Shown: positions 24,582 through 37,600, counted from the stretch's first letter. The stretch: 64,000 nt of DNA from Takakia lepidozioides (GCA_030704615.1 CM060734.1:37324001-37388000), one strand, 5' to 3'. Made by a program: numbers and translations. Notes: generated by a model from the letters alone, not told the origin.

Positions 24582-26261
24582 TCAGTATAACTTGACAACA
24601 TGAGTGCAGATTGGCAGGTCGCATACATGCACGGGAGTGCGGGGCCGGCGGGGGATATAACCTCCCTGCTTCTTCCACTCTCTCAGATATCTACCTTCTA
24701 TAGAGGTGTCTGATTCGTAGTCTTCGTCGAGCCTCACTTTCTCCAATCCCTTCAATCCCTGCACTGCACATTCCAGATCCTGAGGTGCAGGTTCGACTGA
24801 CTGAACCCATCCCTGCACAGCTTGAAATTCCAGATTTTGAGGTGCAGGTTCGACTGGCTGAACCCATCCCTGCATTACTGGGCCTTCCAGATTTTGAGGT
24901 GCAACGGCGACTGGCTGAAGGTTTGGTACCACCGGCGCGGCCCCCATCTCACTTCTTCTCTCCAAGATACGCATCAAACCTGACAATTGGATGAGACGAA
25001 TCCTCAGGATTACAACATCCTATATACCAAAGGACGGACATTATAGATTATCAAACTGCATTCTTCTGGTCCAAGGATTTGGATGTACTTACATTCTGAC
25101 TTGGGGGTTGGCTTGTAGCAGTCCCTGCTCTCGCCTACAAGCATATCCAGGAAGGCCTGATCTCCCATTGTGGGCCACTGCACGAAATTTCCAAATATAC
25201 GAAAGAGTCAGCCTACTTAGACTTGCTAAAGATCTAACTGTATGAGCTGCAAATCCTCCATAGAACTGAAAATCCTCCAAACTGATCCAGCTGGGTGAAT
25301 ATATGTGTAAACTTACGAGTTCTCTATCATCCTTGTAATCACGGCGGTTGAAGATGGTTTTGGCTTTTGGTCCCTTCAATTTGAGGGCTGCCCTGTCCTG
25401 TGCTCTGCAAGATAGAATGTGCACTAAACATGATTAGCAGCTAATGAGGGTTTGCCTATTCCGTCAGTACACCAAATCAAGAAAAAATGTAGCCACTTTC
25501 TCAGTACCTCCCGAGCCAATCTCTCGTAGTTTCTAGGCATTAAGTGCTCAGGGTGTATTACCTTGCTGCAAGTTCCTCGTCCTCCCAAGCTCCTGCATTT
25601 TTCCACAAAACTCACTGGTTAAAATCCAAGCAAGATCGATCAGGAAAATAAATCCTCCATAGATTAAAATTTAGAAATCTGGCCCATCTTCCCAAAACAT
25701 TGATCTAACTTAGTGGTAACAGAAGCTTAGCGGGAAGGAGCTCACCGATATAAAGACGCTTGTCCTTATGACTGCAGCCAGAAACAGCACAATGGGAAAA
25801 GATAAAGAACTGGTTAGCATGTGTATATGGAGAGTGTGACTGATCAGTACATCCACTCATTACGTATGCCGACTTACTCATTCAGCAACTTAATGGAGCT
25901 AGATGACTATCATAGACAAGGATCTAATTCTCTTCTAAGCATTTTTCAAAGATATCAAACAAATCACTTGCATTACTTACCTAAACCATGAACCCCATTT
26001 CTTTGAGTTTTTGAATTGGCTAATGTTTTTGTAGGTTGATGTCTTGGCCTTCTCCACATCACCATCGCTCGTTGACGGCTTAGAAACTCTTACTTTGCGT
26101 CTGCACACATGCTCATAATAGAGCAGCCACAATTCGCTACGGTACTCTTGCAATTAGAGGACCCAAGAGAAGACCACAATAACTGCAGCACAAACCTTTC
26201 TCCCTGCACTAGTGCTCCTGAAATTAGAGGGAGAAAGCACTAGGATCACTTACGGCGCCAT
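24582..26261 (-). CDS. Divergent single-AP2-domain protein, copy 3 (7 exons, 251 aa)
   Basis: Exons 26261-26254, 26100-25981, 25771-25746 (26), 25592-25562 (31), 25404-25317 (88), 25177-25093 (85), 24979-24582, all GT-AG. Frame MAPRKV...STYKNISQFKNSKKWGSWFSHKDKRLYIGAWEDEELAARAQDRAALKLKGPKAKTIFNRRDYKDDREL. Confidence 0.88.
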
Positions 26262-28667
26262 GCTTCGACCTTGTAGGCAACAAGTACAGAGCAGCAGCAG
26301 CTGGAGCCCGTTCAGAGTCACCGCGAACCCAAAGCCCACTCACAATCCTGCACTCACAATCCAACGCGCGCTCACAAGACTGCGAAAGACTGCCCATTGC
26401 TGCAAGAGCAGAGCGCAGGTCCATATATGGGGAGGGACACTGATATGCCCGAGACTACTGCGCTCAATCCCGAGAGCTCCCCGAGACTACCGCGTTCAAT
26501 CCCGAGAACTCCGCTGAATCGTAACGTCCGTTCGAGAATATCCTATTTCCGTTCTATAGCACTTCCATTCAACAGCTTTACTTTTTTTGGTACGTCAATT
26601 TCTTAATTTTTTTATTTTTCATAAAAGCTTATCAATTCTAAATGCACTTTGTTGTTTTTTTGGAATAAAGGGAATGACATTGCAGAGGGAAAGAATTACA
26701 ATTTGTTTTTTTATTTACAATTTACATTGCATAATTTTCTTGAGAAGACCAGATTTTATTAAAACGAAAAAACAATTAAAAAAACAATTGGGGAAAATCC
26801 ATTGTTTTTAAATTGAAAAACCCAGGTCCCAAGGGCGGTTATTTGTTCGATTTATTAATTAATATCACAGGGTCAAGTCCGCCTTTCAAGTTTGGAGTTC
26901 CTTACAAAAGCAAAACAATTTACTATTATTAATTTAAACAGAGGTCAGAAGCCCTGGGTAATTATTATCCCCTCGAGGCCCAGTTGCTGGGGCTGGTGTT
27001 ACCTTGGAAAACAATTAAAACTGAAAAGCAAAAAAATTAAAAAAATAATAATAATGCAGATAATAATTTATGAATCTTACTGTCAACGCCTTTCGAATAT
27101 TTTATGACATTCTATGAAAATCATAACTACAAACACTTCCTGCAAAAATAAAGCGAATATTTAAGAAACAGGTCACCAAGAGCTCGAGAGGATAAATAAT
27201 TTCTATTTAGAGCAGTAATCGAGAATTCCTCGCGACCGTAGGATAGCATTAATATCTGTGCAAAGTAGGGTCGTGGATCGATCGCCCGCAAAAGCCTCGG
27301 CCGCCACTCCTCACGACCTCACCTGTCTCTTTCTCATCTCCAGGCTAACTATTTTTCGCTATGCATGAAGTGGGGGCGAAGGAGCGAGCTTATCATGTTG
27401 GTCAGTTTCTCTTTTTGTTCTAGATCTTAAGGTTGCAGTTTGCCAAGGTTCTGCTAGCTGTTGTAACTAGTTCATCTATGTACATGCAGATCACAGCTGG
27501 CTATCACTGAGTGATCTATGACAAGAAGTGGGCCCCAATCTCCGGCAGCGATTTGGAAAAGTGCGCTGGGAGATAGGGGAGAGAAATCACTCTGGGTTTG
27601 CATGTCAATCCTACCCTACCCCAAGATGTGAATAGAGCGCTGCAAGGTATAGAAGATCAATACCTTCGTTGCCTCCTGTTGTGAGTTAAAGAGGACCTGG
27701 AAGAAACCTCTCCCACACGACAGAAGTGATGCACCTACGAACCCAGGACCTTTATCTAACCCGCCCTGGAAACAGAAGCAGAATTCCTTTGCTTAGAAAT
27801 GGATTGAGACTTGGAGATTATAGTATGGAGAGAACTGGTTGTGCTTCATTGGGAGGTCCTACAGACTCTCTCCACACCTCTTGCTGCACTACATGGGGAA
27901 GGGAAGGCCTTCTTCCGAGTCTTTTGTTACGTAAACACCGATGTTTTCATCCCCAACTCAATTCTTCTCCTGGAGTCCATGTATTTACATATTATCTTCA
28001 GGCTTGTGTTGGTTACCTTTACCTGTACTGAGCATTTTTTTGTCTGGCTGAAAGATGTTTGGTTTGTCTACTGAATAAGACATTCTGACAGACCTGTCTG
28101 CTTTCTGTCTATTGATTGATAAGAGTGTGTTCACAGTTGCTTTGATGTAGTTCGGTTATCATATGCAAAAAAATCAGGTGACTGCAAAATTTGTGTGGCA
28201 TGATTCTTAGACAAATTTGGGAAACTGCTATTTTCTGTCTAAAATCACTTCTCAACAGGATGGTTCTATGTACTGGCTTAGCTCAATGAATTTCACCCCC
28301 GTTGATGCATGCAGACATATCAAGCAAGAGAGCAACACTAAATCCATGCAGTAACAAAATGAGAAGTTGCAGCTGTTGACAAGATATATCAGTGTCATGC
28401 CCTTGCCATGTCATTACATTGGTCAGTCACAAATTATAAGGCCAGCAAATAATGTGGAACATTGTACAAACAAGGAGGTACTAGAGCTATGAAATTCTTG
28501 GGAGAGGTCAAAATGGTCACCATCCCAAACGTCAAAGCAGTAAGACAGTAACCCAAAGAGTAAGTCTCCGTATTATATCCACAGAATCTGGCCATGACAC
28601 AAGAAGGAGAGCGAGATCTGCCCAATGCCAGAATGCCAAGGACTCCGCTGCAAAACTGTCGAATAGA

Positions 28668-31600
28668 TTAGTGAGAGTAATGGGGTGGTCTTCGGGAGGC
28701 ATTTAGAGAGGCTGCCCCTGGCTCTTTTCTTCCCTTAACTTGAGCGCGGCTCAAACTGTCCAAACCAGATAGGATGTCGTCCACTGTTGTACACATTGGA
28801 GTGCCTTGTCCCCTCCCCCTTTCCAGATCCTGAAAACAAGCGAAGTCTTATTGGAGTATACAAAAACAAATACTCTGCCAGCTCACAGTTACTTCAAGAT
28901 TGTCTTGCAGATGCCTGATATGACAAAATATGTGGTAGGCTACAGCAACCACTAATCACCGCCACAAAAATTATTCATGACAAAGAGAGCACATAAGAAT
29001 GCACCTTTTGTCTTTTAAATGGAGGTGGTCCACTAGACAATTGGTGCCTCAAAGGAAATGGAGCCTCCTGAATGTTTGAATGTCTTGAGGTTTGAGGCCG
29101 CCCCAATTTGCTGTCCACTCTCGCCTGTGATTGCCCATGTTCGTTGTGGTAGCTGGGTGACACTGCAGAGGCCAGTGGTCTCCGCTCTGATGCTTGGGTA
29201 TCTCCATGCTTCTCCCTAGAGGCAGAAGAACCTGAGATTCATAACAGTGTTACAAGAGCCAAGATCTTGGCTTCCCAGAAAAAATAATTAAGTTGAGCTG
29301 AGGTACTCTTCGAAGTTTTCACAGAACGTCGGAGTGCAAACTGTGCCCAGAGTCCATCCATTTCATATGTTAATCCCTAGTATTCTTGGGTTAACATTAG
29401 GCAAGGACAGGGCTGCACTGGCCAAGACCACCACCCAATAGAACCTTTTTCCAATCGTTATTGGGAGTTTGGGCCTGTTGGAGGCTGGACTTACCCAATA
29501 ACTATTGGAATAAGGGATGTACTCCAACAGAAAAACACAACATCATACTCCAACAGTGGCATCCAACAGCAATAACTAATACCATATTGGCTTACTATTG
29601 GGCTGGTGCCACCATGAGCCATAAGATTAACCAATAAGTATTGTTTTACTGAAATCCAACACCTATTGGCAGTATGGCCTTACCCTTAGAGCAAAAGACT
29701 TCACTCTATATGTACTCGGTGGTAGCCTGGCACTGCTTAATGATCAATACCATTTTAAAACATAAGTGCTCTCCCAAAATCGCACAGCCCCTCGTAGCCA
29801 CCCAGTATATTTCTTGTATTTTTGCAAATCTCTGGGCCAAAGCCCCTAACTTTGTAGCAATAGCCCCTTTAAGAACTGGTTGGTTACATTAAGGCAGTAC
29901 TTATAATAGCATAGAATATTTAACTGGATAGCAATGTTGCCACAAACAAACTGCAAGGAGAGAAAGGAAGGCAGTAGAACGGGACAAGAATGACCTGCTC
30001 TTGGTTGGATCGTATTCCCACTGCCACCTCTTTTTGGCCTGTCTGAAAGGAGAGTTCCAGTTGAAGAGCTTATAAACCCTGAAGGCATAACGGCAGCAAC
30101 CTCCGCCCTCTGTCTCTTGCGAGTCGCTGCAAATTGAGTTTCATGGGCTTGTTGTTTGCCTAAAATTTGACGAGGCCTGGACCCATCATCGACTTCAGAT
30201 GACTTCAACTGAACCCTTGCTGATTTTCCCAACCTCTCAGCCTCAGGGTGCTTCATTGTTCCTACAGGGTTTTCACCTCTGTGATGCTCTATATCTATCT
30301 CTTCAAAACCCGCACTCCTCTTTGATTCTCTTGCGTTTTGATTAGATGAGGGGCCAGTATTAAATTGCAAAGGATTGACCTCTGCACTTGGCTGATTCAA
30401 CCTCCAGTCTACACGTGAGTCACTAGTTCCTGCAGGACTTTCCCTCAGACTCTGCGGCCCTGGGATTCTCTGTGTTCTACTATATCCCTCCTTTCCTCTT
30501 TTGTCCAACTGTAGTCTGTCAGGATCAATTCTACATCCACGTGAGGGCAACTCCCTAGGTGAAGACACATGATTGAAGTTCTGAGGAACAGAATACTCAC
30601 CTTCTCGTCGACTACTCCCATCTACAATTCCGCTTTGGTCTAGAAGAGTTACTCTGTCTTTCAACTCATCCCTCTCCCCTCTGTGTCCTTCCCTGGACTG
30701 ATGCTCTCGAGAGTGTGCCCTACGTCTCCCTCTCCTATCACATTCTTTCGACCTATCTCTATCCTTGTGTTCGCGGCTGCCATCACTGTCACGGTGCCTT
30801 TCTCTCCTATGATCTCTGTTCCTTTCATCGCCGCTGTTTCCTCTATTGCGTTGATTCTCTCTCCGATGCTGCTCACTGAACTTTCTGCCATCAGCTTCAC
30901 AATGTCTATCCCTCGAGACTTCTCTAGCCTGTCCCTTGTTTCCCCTGTGAACACTATCTATTCTATTTTCTTGAACATGTTCCCCATCTTGCCAGGATCC
31001 CTCTGTTGATGTCTTCAGGATTTGTCCATTACAGTGCCCTCTTTCTGTCTGTACATCATTCAGCAAGCCACTATCTCCACACCTTCCTTCAATGGCATTG
31101 TCCAGGCAGGCTTCCCCTTCTCTTTTGCCTCGTTCTTTAAGTTGTCGACCCTCCTCTTTCACTGCATCTTCAGAATTGGATGCAAAAAGCTTGTCTCTCT
31201 CTCTTGTCATGTCTCTCCTTTTACATGCTGTCAATGAGTGCTTTTCACTTGTCATCACGTCCATATGGTCTGAGACCAACTTGGTGGCAAGTGCCGGAAC
31301 ATTCCTTGGGATAAGGCGAGAAGTATCCACCAGTGGTTCTCCTTCAAAAACATAAGGGCGCTTGATTGGAAACAACACATGCCTCTCCTTTGCATTAGAA
31401 AGCAACGCAGCCCAGGGGGGGCTCCCTTGGAGGGTAGCTGCATTCCCAACAATCCACAGTGAAAATCTGGCACGTGTCAGTGCAACATTCATGCGCCGAA
31501 CATCAGCCACAAACCCAATGCTTCCACGATTTACTTCACCATTCCTATTACTCTCTCGCCCTGTTGTCGCCCGGACTGTGGACAAAATTAGAATGTCGAC

Positions 31601-34600
31601 TTCACGTCCTTGAAATCCATCCACAGTATTAAACTCAATGTCACATGCTGCACCAGAACCTAGTGCACGAATAAAGCAATTCCGAAGCAGTGATAGCTGC
31701 TGCTTGTACGGTGTTATGACCCCAAAGCGCCCTGGCCTCACCTCAGCTGAATACCTGGTAAAATTCCACCAAATGCAGCAGCAGCAAAGAAGTTTGAGTG
31801 CCAACTCACAGATGTGAAAGAACAGAAACTACCATGACAAAGACCACCCTGTTGTAGGAGAAAAACCGAGCACCAATCCAGGTCCATAATGAGCCATAGA
31901 GACAACCTCAATTCATCTGACTACATGGTTCCCATCTTTAATCAGAGTAATGCATCTTAGAGCCATCTGGCCTACCTTTTGGATATCTAATCCCAAGATG
32001 GAGGGTAATGGGTCAAAAACATGTGGCAGCCTGGTGATCTCTTGCACCAGTACTTTCCACAAAACTCATCCTAATAGTGTAGCTAAAATCTTTTGTGTGG
32101 TGGTTGAGCCCTGGTCTGTACTGGAGACTCCTTGGTTTTTTAAGGAGCCGCAACCCAGGAATGTATGTCATCCTTGAGAATGGGGTTCATGGTTCCTCTA
32201 CCATATGATAGCTGAACCCCCCCCCCCCGGCCATGGAGGTGAAGCATTCTAATGACTGCTGCTGCTTCAGGGAAGGCAATATGAAAATTCAAACAATTAC
32301 TAACGACCTCAAGGCACACAACTGGAGATACCTGTGCTTTAAAGCCTGAAAAACACCAAGGGCTGCTTCTGCCTCAGCTTCATTGCATAAAGACTGAGAA
32401 ACAGAGGTGGACTTGGTGCGCTCATAGCCCTCGACCACATCAAAGAACACATAGGGACCAAAGCACCAATCCTTGTGAAAGGGCGCACTTCGACTTCCTT
32501 CTCTCAGACCATCTGTCAACTGGTTCTCATAGAAGTGCACTGACGGAAACTGCCGAATCTCTGGGTGCATTCGATACTGCGAGTTTTCCACAAGGTGTCC
32601 AAGCCATCAGCAGTTATAAAACCCAGATGCATATGCTTTAAGATACCTGGAAGACACAATGTAACTCTTCTTGCGATCTTGTTGAAACATATCAGCCTTT
32701 GGAGAATATTAACCTGAGTACTAAGCATCATCACGGGGTAGCCAGCCCGCTGTAGTCGCTCAAACATACTGCACTCATATGACATCTTTGATGCTTCTTG
32801 GGAAAGCACTGTCGCTGGAAGCTGTTTTGGATCTCCAACCTGTGGTAGGACAAGTCAGATCAACATAATACTGCCTCTACATAGACAGAAGATAAAGAAT
32901 GATGAGGAACAGACAGACCCCTGATCCTGAAGGCGCTTCTGCAAGAAATGAAATGAAATGCTACTTTATAATGTCCGCGGAAAGCTCAAAGAGCTTATGG
33001 GACAAGAAAGAAAGAGAGACGAAAAAGAAAGAGAAATGAAATGAAATGGTACTTTATAACGAGAAAGAGAGACTTACCATCACACATCTAGCATGTGTTT
33101 GTGCAAGAAGCTGCAGCGGGATGAGAGTTGCTGGCTCCAGAGCCTGCAAACAATTGACTGGATTTTAATGCCATGCATCCTACACTACAAGACAGCAAAA
33201 AAGATCCAAAGAACTCGGGAAAGTGTGCACAGAAAATAACACTTAATACAGCCAGACAGCTGAAATTAACAAAGGGAAGAATGATCAACTGCCAGCAATG
33301 CGATTGCGAGTCAAAATAACAGAGGCCTGGCGGTGATATGATGTTTGGGCTATTGAGGCACTAGAAATAAGAGAGCTAAGTGCAGTATGTCAAAATGACA
33401 TGCCTGTGCAGCTTCGTCAATAACCACTGCACTGAAAAAACCGTCATCTGAGGGTGCACGTGCTTTCTTGTTCCCCATTACAGATTCCATGCATGCAGCA
33501 TATATATCACCTCCACAGCCACTCAGAGTAGTAACCACCACATCAGCCTCTCGAATTATTGTCTTGCGGATTGCCTGCCACAAGAGTCCCAAGAAACCAG
33601 TATAGAAGGTAAGTCATCACCACTGTGACCCATTGATGTTACCAACCAAAAAGAAGTGCAGTGTGTTGGTGGTGACGCTCCATCTAGGTAAATTCTTGAG
33701 GTGAGTGCTCTGACAGGTTGACACATCCACCATGCCAGATTGAGCTTTACATTCTCAAACCACTCAGACACCTAAACCATACAAGTATTCGGGCTGTCAA
33801 CACAGCTGAAATATAGGATGGCAAGCACCTGAATCCAAAGCATTGGTGCACTTGATCTATGTTGAAACCTTACCTGCCGCTTGGCTCTTCCCTCATCCAT
33901 CAATTTTCTCGCCTCCTTTTCTGCAGATGCTAGCTCCATGGACAGCTCGCGACGCTGCCGATACAAACTATTGAGCTTTGCTTTCACTGCCTCTTCTCCT
34001 TCTTGCATGACTCTGGTTGCTTGTTTCACTGCATCAGATTGACAAACCTCATTGTCTGAGGACCTACTTTGTCGTTCCATCCTGGCTTTGGTCTCCTCTC
34101 CATGGCCACCAGACACATCATCTCCTTTCTCACCTCTCTCACGCTGGGAGTGGAGAGACTCTAGAACCTGGGTTTCACTTTCACAGTGTGAGTTGAACAA
34201 GATCATGATTGAGGAGGCTCATAGTACAAATGAAAAAAAAAAAACATGGAAAAGAAAACATGTACATAGATGAATGGAAAAAATTAAACCTTCCTACTCA
34301 AAATTAAGTCTCTTCCAGAGAATGTACTCATAAGACGTTGTTTGGCGTAGCCTTGTGACATTGACCCTGCGCCCAGTTTGAGCGGAACACAAAGGGACAG
34401 AAACTAATTTTGTCAGGGGCTGATACCGGTAATTGATCCAAGTTTCCCAGATACCTATCCTCTAGAAATCCCTTCACAGAAACATCAATCTGCTTTGTGT
34501 GATTTGCCCAATAACTAGACCCCTAAAGGACCTGGGCTTTTGGCTCAGCCTCAAGATTTTCAAAGTTGGGAAATAGAGGTACAGGAACAATTCTCTTGAT

Positions 34601-37600
34601 GGATTTGAAGAGGGTGTCTCTCTAGTGAGAGTTCCCAGGACAATGAATCAGAAAGTGGCTATTGTCTTCAGGTTGCCCACACAACAGGCATGTGCAATCC
34701 CCCTTTCCTCTCTGCGTCTCTTTGCTGTTCAAATTTTGGCATCCCGCCCTGAGTTTAAATTTCAGTCTGGTGCCAAGAGTGGGTAAACCATTGAGGTCAT
34801 CCATGATGGCCTCACCCATCAAAGACTGGAAAAAAGTTCAGGGAAGTTTTCTGCCTACCTTCATTTTCATCAGACAATTCCTGGCAACAGACATGGCTTT
34901 GGACACTACAGCCTCTAAGTCAAGTTTATCCAGCAGGGTCAAGACTTGCAGACGTAGATTCAGATCCTTGAAAATCTCTTCTACCCTCTTCCACCAGAAC
35001 TTAGCCTGTTTGACAGGGCAATCCTGCTTCCAAGATATAGAGTTGATTAACTTAGTCATATACTTCTGATATTAGTCATACGTTGCAGCTGACCCCACCA
35101 TCTGACCTTGAGTTCATCTCATCGGGAGCTTAAGGGAGGAATGCCAAACTCACCCCGAACAGCCACATTAGCTGTTTTGGAGCATGCTGACATGCACTCC
35201 TTGAGCACCCCCACTTGAATGGATTCTAGAGACTTAGCCTGGTTGGAGTCTCTTCCAGAGAATAATTATAAATAGAAACTCAACGTAGACTAGCACACCT
35301 TCCCTCTTAAACGTTTGCAAACAAAAGCATTACACTCACAAAAGAAAAAACAAAACACCCCTCAGTGCATACAAAGTGAAACTAGCAGTCTATACCTGAA
35401 TGCCCTCGATAACTTCCTCAAGCTTCGTGCGCAGTACTGCAGTTCGTTTTTGCGTGACTTCCTCCATAGCATCTGCTGCACTCTGTTTCTCAGCTCCAAG
35501 GCGCTCTTCGACCAACGTATCCATGAAAACTGGCATCGAATCAGGATGCACAGTTTTCACATTTCCAACCCTCACCAAGGTTGGACGGAAATAGTTCCCA
35601 TCAGCCCCATACAATCCATGCTTGCACATACGGGCTACCAATTCGTCCACAGCCGCGTTGGATTGAGCACAGACCAACACCCTGTGTTTGTGAGGCCCAC
35701 CCCATCCAGTGTCACTGGAAACCCCAACCCCATGGGCCTCATTTCCAGTCGAGTGTATCTCTCTTGCGAGCGCGGCATCTTGCCACGCGCGAGCCAAAGC
35801 AGCAGATTCCTGCATAGATGACCGTCGTGGAAAGGAAACAGATCCATTTGAGTTTCTTTGTTGAAAGGAGATGGATTGATTCTCCTTCCCTGAACGAGTT
35901 GGCAATTGCCGACCTCCAGTTAGGAGAGCACTTACAATGGCCACAATAGTTCTGGTTTTACCTGTGCCTGTCACAAAGATACAGTTACACATGTTCAGAT
36001 TAGCACTACAAATGAATCTCAGATCTGCCATCTCATCAAGATCAAGGCAGGTTAAATCTCTTCAATCAACCTCCTAGACCCTAGAAGCCTAGGAGTTGTT
36101 TCAGAGACAATCCCTGGTCTTCAGTATCGAGATGACCTAAAAAGAATAATCTTTCCCAAAGAAAGGACAGATGTAACATCATCTCATCTGCAATATTTTG
36201 AAATCTCTATCTATTTTGTGGTAGTTCTGTGTTTCTTGGAATTAGGTGACTTATCACAACAAAGGATCCTTTTCATACTAAGGATATTACTTGCAGCTAC
36301 CATAGAATGTCAGATGGAAAACGCAGGCAAGGCAACCAAAACTCTAATTCTTCTCCATATATATTCACACCCATCCATTGGCATGTCGATCAGATGTGTG
36401 CAGAGCTGTACGCTCTGTAAATCACAGACGCTGACCTCTTCTTTCTTTCCTTCAAGTTGCAATCTTCTTTCCTTGCTAAAATCAGATTTTCTCCTCGTTT
36501 TTTTTGGTCCCTCCTTAAACCTCATAGAGACCCTCCCCCACTCACTGACATTCACATCTGGCATGAGTATGCAGTCTTTGTACCATTCCCCAACCCAAAC
36601 TCCCTCTCCTATAACATCTAAACCCCTTCACTTCTCTCTCTTTACTACGGCCAATGTCAGTAAGGCAATCAAGAAGCTGCAAAATGGCAGAGCAGTAGAC
36701 ATTGCAGGACTTCAGAGTGAATTCATCAAGCATGCTGTACCTACTTTAACCCCTTTTATAGCTAACCTCTTCAATGAGGTGGTGCAACGGGGCTTTCCCA
36801 CAGAGTGGACAAAGAGCATCATCCACCCACTCTTCAAGAGCGGTGACAGGCTCGCACCGACCAACTATCGTACTATCATGGTGTCCTCGGTACTTGCTAA
36901 ACTGTTTGGGGCAGTAGTGGCCATGGAACTGGATGATTGGGCTGAGTCCTCTCGCATTCGTGCTGAGGGACAGGCTGGTTTCCGTCGCAACAGATCCACT
37001 ATTGACCACATCTTCACTCTTCAGGTTATGGTGGAAAGTGCACGCTATGACAAAAGAATGGTCTATGTTTGCTTCGTGGACTTTCACAAAGCCTTTGATT
37101 CAGTTCCTCGGGACCTTCTCTTCCAACGGCTCCATAGAGTGGAAGTCCCTCCAGACATCCTTTGTGCCATCTCTTCTATGTATGAGATTGTCACTGGCAT
37201 GGTCCACGTCGCTGGTGAATTCTCAGCCGAGGTCCACAGCAACATTGGAGTCAAACAGGGCTGCCCCCTTTCACCTACCCTGTTCGGGATCTACATTGAC
37301 GCTTTGGAGAATTACATATCCAAAAACCATGGGGTTGGGGTACCATTGGATGGGGGACCAACGCAATCAGATCTCCTCTACGCTGATGATGTTGCCCTTT
37401 TGGCACTATCCCCGGTCTTCCTGCAACGCCATCTCAAAATTTTGGAACAGTTCTGCAAAGACTATGGGATGCAAGTCAATCTTAGCAAGACCAAGATCAT
37501 GGTCTTCAATGGCCAGGCTGATCGTAGATTCATCTTCAACCAGCAAGAAATTGAGATTGTGAAATCATACCGATACCTGGGTCTGGTTATCCACTCCCCC

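Noticed and set aside
26254-26397. Longer first exon (MGSLSQSCERAL...LPTRSKHGA) for the AP2-like genes
   Set aside because: It ends in phase 0, but exon 2 needs phase 2. The equivalent frame is broken in copies 1 and 2. The short ATG-(GCG)-CC exon fits all three copies.
36218-36450. N-terminal part of the 793-aa ORF as LINE protein or a host-LINE fusion
   Set aside because: It starts at a GTG, shows no endonuclease motifs, and the LINE-like linker lies in another frame. It is most likely a chance open frame in intron DNA.
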